A DNA stretch of 64,000 nt, taken from Cladosporium halotolerans (lineage: Eukaryota). Each line of letters begins with the position of its first letter. The first letter of the stretch is position 1. Below the pieces are notes generated by a model. It was not told where the DNA came from. It ran no database searches and worked only from the letters and a program-made list of their open reading frames with translations. The position numbers and the translations under genes were made by a program. Shown one piece after another: positions 60,280-64,000 of this stretch. The stretch lies in NCBI RefSeq assembly GCF_011745625.1, contig NW_027191461.1:186001-250000 (forward strand), in the 5' to 3' direction.

Positions 60280-62982
60280 TCAACGTCTCTGGCCACCACG
60301 GCCACGGCTCTCGTCTGCGGGTCTCTCCACAATAACGACCTCCAAAACATCTCCCGCCTTGCCGCTCTCGTCTGCTAAAGGTACCATACCGAGAATGGGT
60401 CTGTACTTGAACGTACCCCAAAACTTCCTTTCATACGGTCCTTGCGGTGCAGCCGCGGCGTCTTCGCTCCGCAAGCGTGTCAGTTGTAATCCTTGAGACT
60501 CATTGTCGTCGTCTTCCATATCAACGTCTCCACTCTCATCAAGGTTTCGGACGACGACCGCCTCATCCTCACCATTCTGAGTGGTGAGCTTAATAGTCCC
60601 GGCGTGGCCAGGTGTGCGTTGCGACGCAGGTAATCTGCTACCAGCACCGCTGCTACCGCCTTTAATACGCTTCGGTGTCATTGCGGAGTCTTCCTCGTAT
60701 CCGCTTGGGCGGCGTTTCTTGCTGTGCGGCGTACCCAGACCATCATCAAGGTTCTGACCAACATTGAGCATGAAAACCCATGTGCTACCATGAAGCCAGA
60801 TGCGCTCGCGCTGGGCAGAGGTGTCCCAAACGGCACCAACAGCGCGATCACGGATCTTCGTGAAGTCCTCTGGTAGAACAGAGGTCGGGTTGCGTCGGCT
60901 CCAGTCGCTGAGCTTTCCTGCGAGAATATCGAGCTCGTACATCTGATGCCTTGCTGTCATGACGAAAAGTCTGTGTTGACCTTGCGGGAGAGTATGGGCG
61001 TGTGCATGGGGGTTAGAGCGGGTTGAGTGAACGCCGGGATTGCCATTGACCGCATCGATAGCGGCTGTCGTAACAGCTTGAGGTCTGAAGGTAAGGACCA
61101 GGGGTGTCGAGTCCAGCTTGGGGAGAAGATGGCCGTTAGGATTGTCGGACCAATGCTGCCCGTAGAAGATGGCGAGGGCATCGTCGTCGTCATCAGAGTC
61201 TGAGTCGGAATCAGAGCCATCGTCAGACCCCTTTTCAGAATCGTGCTTCGCGAGATCCAGAGCGGGTGCAGTAAGATCCTCGTGACCCTCAAGAACCCAA
61301 GAGTCGAGGTAGCCAGACAAATCACCAGTCACGAGCACAGAGCTTTCATCGTTGAACGCCATACGTGTGATTGCGTGGTCATACTTGTTGTAGCCTGACA
61401 AACGCTGAGTCTTGCGGCGAGGGCGGTCGAGATCGACGACCCGATCAATGATCTTGTAATGTTTTGGCTTCTCAGAATCAAGAACGAAGCGCACCACTTG
61501 GACTTCGTTCTCGGGTGTAGCGGCCGCCAGCCATTTACTGTCGGGAGAGAAGTTAACAAGGCGAGCGCCGGAGTCCGCGAGGTCTTCAGGAACATCAAGT
61601 CTTCGGATTGCGAGACCATCAGAATCAACCCGCTTTCGCAGCTGGAAAGCCTTGACCTCGGAGTTAGTCGATGCGGCGAGTAGCTTGCCATCCGGCGAAA
61701 TCGTTACGCTCGTCAATGGTTCCGTGCTGTCCAGGCCAATCTTTGCAACGAGCTTCCGCGGTCGCTGCTGCTCGGGAAGAGCTTCCAGCGTGTTCTGCCT
61801 AGCAATCCGCCAGATGTAGATTTCTTGGTCCCACCAGCTGACCAAGAGCCTTGCCTTGGGTGCGCTCGTTACGGGCGGCTGCGAAGGGAGGCTAGGCAGA
61901 CCACGCAGGTGCTCCTTGCCGTACTCGCGGAGCGGAGTTACCATGGGTGTAATGTCGTTTCCACCAGAGACCACAACACTGAGCTGCTTGCTGTCGAAAG
62001 AACCCATAGCCTTCACTTCTCCGTGGTGAACGCGCCTGTGGGCACCCTTTGCCCAGCTCTTACGACCATTCTGCTGCACTGATTGCCTGTAGACTGCAAT
62101 CCTGCCATCGAGACCACCCGAAAATACGGTCTTCCCGTCGTTGCTCACAATGAGATCCAGACAATCGGCATCGTGACCCGTCAGACGCTGAGAAAGAGAA
62201 TATGACTTTCCGTCCCAGAATCGTACTTCGCCGTTCGAGTCCGCAGACACGATGTCCCCGTTGGGCAAGCATTTCACTTGCCAAACCATAGCGTTCTTCG
62301 GCGCACCAGGAATACCAACGCCCAAGCTCATGTTACGCAGCAGGGATCCATTTCTCGTATCGAAAATTCTGATCATGCTGTCGGCAAATCCTGCAACCAC
62401 AATGTCCTGATCCTTGTAGGCAACCGACATGCAGCGCGCGCGCTTCCCACTGACTCGAGCCAGAAAGCGCTTGAACTGAAGGTCATCGTCCTTCGTTGTG
62501 AGCAGAACCAATGCACCGTCTCCACATCCTCCAACAATCTCTTGCGACTTTGGCTCTTCCTGGGAGTTCTTCGACGGCTTCGGCTTTGGCTGGGCAGCAA
62601 TGCACCAGACCTCGCTGAAGTTTCCCGTCGATTTGCGCTTCGGCTGCCCCGTTGCAAGATCCCACTCGGTCACTGCGGGCGAAGAGGCGATACTGAAAAG
62701 CCTCTGCTGGCCAACAATCACGTTTCCATCGTGGTCTTTCTCGTCCGGATCCTGTGTCCAGACCAAAGCATCGACGCTCTGCTTCTCGCCTGCAAATACA
62801 ACTTCTTGATTCCACAACCCCTTTTGAGGGTCCCAGATTTCTATGCTTCCATTCTCGCGGCCGATGGCGAGCTTTAGCGCTGGGACGGGTCCAGAATAAC
62901 CGCTGTCACTATTTCTCGAGAAGGCGACTGCGCTGATCGGAGAGGTGGGATATGGAACGAATCGCGAACGGTGGACGTCCAT
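60280..62982 (-). CDS. UTP4: U3 snoRNP / SSU processome WD40 protein Utp4
   Basis: 900-aa intronless ORF. MDVHRSRFVPYP...LAIGRENGSIEIW N-terminus, WD40 repeats (VSADSNGEVRFWD), C-terminal KYRPIL...VVIVERP. Confidence 0.93.
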   Translation of the reverse strand: MDVHRSRFVPYPTSPISAVAFSRNSDSGYSGPVPALKLAIGRENGSIEIWDPQKGLWNQEVVFAGEKQSVDALVWTQDPDEKDHDGNVIVGQQRLFSIASSPAVTEWDLATGQPKRKSTGNFSEVWCIAAQPKPKPSKNSQEEPKSQEIVGGCGDGALVLLTTKDDDLQFKRFLARVSGKRARCMSVAYKDQDIVVAGFADSMIRIFDTRNGSLLRNMSLGVGIPGAPKNAMVWQVKCLPNGDIVSADSNGEVRFWDGKSYSLSQRLTGHDADCLDLIVSNDGKTVFSGGLDGRIAVYRQSVQQNGRKSWAKGAHRRVHHGEVKAMGSFDSKQLSVVVSGGNDITPMVTPLREYGKEHLRGLPSLPSQPPVTSAPKARLLVSWWDQEIYIWRIARQNTLEALPEQQRPRKLVAKIGLDSTEPLTSVTISPDGKLLAASTNSEVKAFQLRKRVDSDGLAIRRLDVPEDLADSGARLVNFSPDSKWLAAATPENEVQVVRFVLDSEKPKHYKIIDRVVDLDRPRRKTQRLSGYNKYDHAITRMAFNDESSVLVTGDLSGYLDSWVLEGHEDLTAPALDLAKHDSEKGSDDGSDSDSDSDDDDDALAIFYGQHWSDNPNGHLLPKLDSTPLVLTFRPQAVTTAAIDAVNGNPGVHSTRSNPHAHAHTLPQGQHRLFVMTARHQMYELDILAGKLSDWSRRNPTSVLPEDFTKIRDRAVGAVWDTSAQRERIWLHGSTWVFMLNVGQNLDDGLGTPHSKKRRPSGYEEDSAMTPKRIKGGSSGAGSRLPASQRTPGHAGTIKLTTQNGEDEAVVVRNLDESGDVDMEDDDNESQGLQLTRLRSEDAAAAPQGPYERKFWGTFKYRPILGMVPLADESGKAGDVLEVVIVERPADESRGRGGQRR

Positions 62983-63613
62983 GGTGCTGAGAAGAAAGTG
63001 TGTGTCGCTGAATCAACAGGCCGCCATCGCCTGTGTGTGTTGCGAAGGGTTGTGCAGACTGCTTCGCGCAGTCGAATGCTCGCCGAAAGCTGGGTTGCGC
63101 GCCTTGGGAAATAAATTTTGGTAGCCGTCGGCTTCACAGCGAGACGGCGCTAAGCCAGCATTGCGGACCGAAGCGCATGCTTGACCCACATCAAGGGACA
63201 GGGCGCCGTGAGCGTGTACCCTAATGAATTTACCCTTGCTACCCTGAGTTACCCTAACATGTCCGCTGAGCATTAGAAGGAACATTCACAATCATGACCT
63301 CGCAGGCTCAGCCGCCTTGACGCCAACATTATCTTGGATATTGTTCGTGCCAATAGCAATATTCTTGTCATGCAGACATCATTTGTCCCCGACGTCCTCA
63401 ATGAGACCGCCAAACGGGGTGTGTCGCCATTCCGGCCTATCACCATCATTTCGAACACGCTGGGTAAGCAGGTTGCTATAACCCAAATACAATGAGACCA
63501 TAAAGGTGAATAGAGACCGCTCGCTGTCCAGCCTATTTTCTTAGGATACTCGACATGCATAATAAGTGTCAGGTCTTGACCCGATCAAAACATCTTCCGC
63601 AATACCCCCCACT

Positions 63614-64000
63614 ATGGCGCACAACATGGCTTACACACTCGGACAGTCAAGTAAGCTCGAGGATCTACCAACTGAGATGCTATGGGCCATAAGTCAGCAC
63701 CTGGACTCTTTCGGGATGCTGAATATACGCTGCACTAACAATTTCTTCCGGGAGTTGTTCGATGACAACTACCTCCGGCGTTATCCACGTCATCCATCAG
63801 ACGCTTTTTGCGAAGACCCAGCTCACCTCACTCGCCTTCTCTGCCACCTCAAGTCCCCCCTCCCAAGAGACAACGTGACGGACCTGGCGCTCGTCTCAGC
63901 ATCTAGCAGTCTCGCGGTGTACAGCACATCTTCGTCTCCACTGGACTTCAAATTGTCAAGTTTGACGTCGTTGACTCTTATCCAAGTCAGTCTCGAGGGC
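63614..64000 (+). CDS. F-box protein, truncated by the window end
   Basis: Open frame from ATG 63614: MAHNMAYTLGQSSKLEDLPTEMLWAISQHLDSFGMLNIRCTNNFFRELF (F-box LP-E...I...L...L.C pattern), ending in LRR-like LSSLTSLTLIQVSL. Absent from the ORF track because there is no stop in the window. Confidence 0.75.
   Translation, partial: MAHNMAYTLGQSSKLEDLPTEMLWAISQHLDSFGMLNIRCTNNFFRELFDDNYLRRYPRHPSDAFCEDPAHLTRLLCHLKSPLPRDNVTDLALVSASSSLAVYSTSSSPLDFKLSSLTSLTLIQVSLEG

Noticed and set aside
1..64000. Transposons, RIP-degraded AT-rich blocks, secondary-metabolite cluster, CRISPR, rRNA
   Set aside because: No transposase/RT motifs, LTRs or TIRs, AT-rich islands, PKS/NRPS/terpene backbone genes, spaced direct-repeat arrays or rRNA signatures were seen.

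Overview
This is eukaryotic genomic DNA from a filamentous ascomycete, probably a Dothideomycete (inferred from gene content and the short GT-AG introns with CTRAC branch points). It is a gene-dense core-chromosome segment with about 28 protein-coding genes and no transposon, rRNA, canonical tRNA or CRISPR signal. Recognisable genes: C2H2 transcription factor (cut by the left edge), RecJ-like DHH phosphoesterase, FUSC/ArAE-type membrane protein, cupin, cytochrome b5-acyl-CoA dehydrogenase fusion, BNA4, MEF1, NMT1, Trax, SSO syntaxin, secreted EEP-jacalin protein, epoxide-hydrolase-like enzyme, GH72 glucanosyltransferase, ELC1, SSN8, SAL1, PET8, PNG1, SUR7-family protein, a minimal kinase-like protein, MDR oxidoreductase, UTP4 and an F-box protein (cut by the right edge). 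The most striking unexplained element is a ~195-nt minus-strand unit at 12402-12597. It has a consensus RNA polymerase III A box, B box and T5 terminator, complementary ends and several internal helices, but it cannot fold as a tRNA, so it is a candidate unannotated structured Pol III ncRNA. Other leads: a nuclear-looking RecJ-like nuclease with a PIP-like tail, a spliced ORF interrupted by in-frame TAGs, a C/D-box-like RNA, recurrent orientation-independent C-to-G skew switches, and two GC-AG introns. Gene models and product calls were made by eye and from recalled family motifs; no database search was run.
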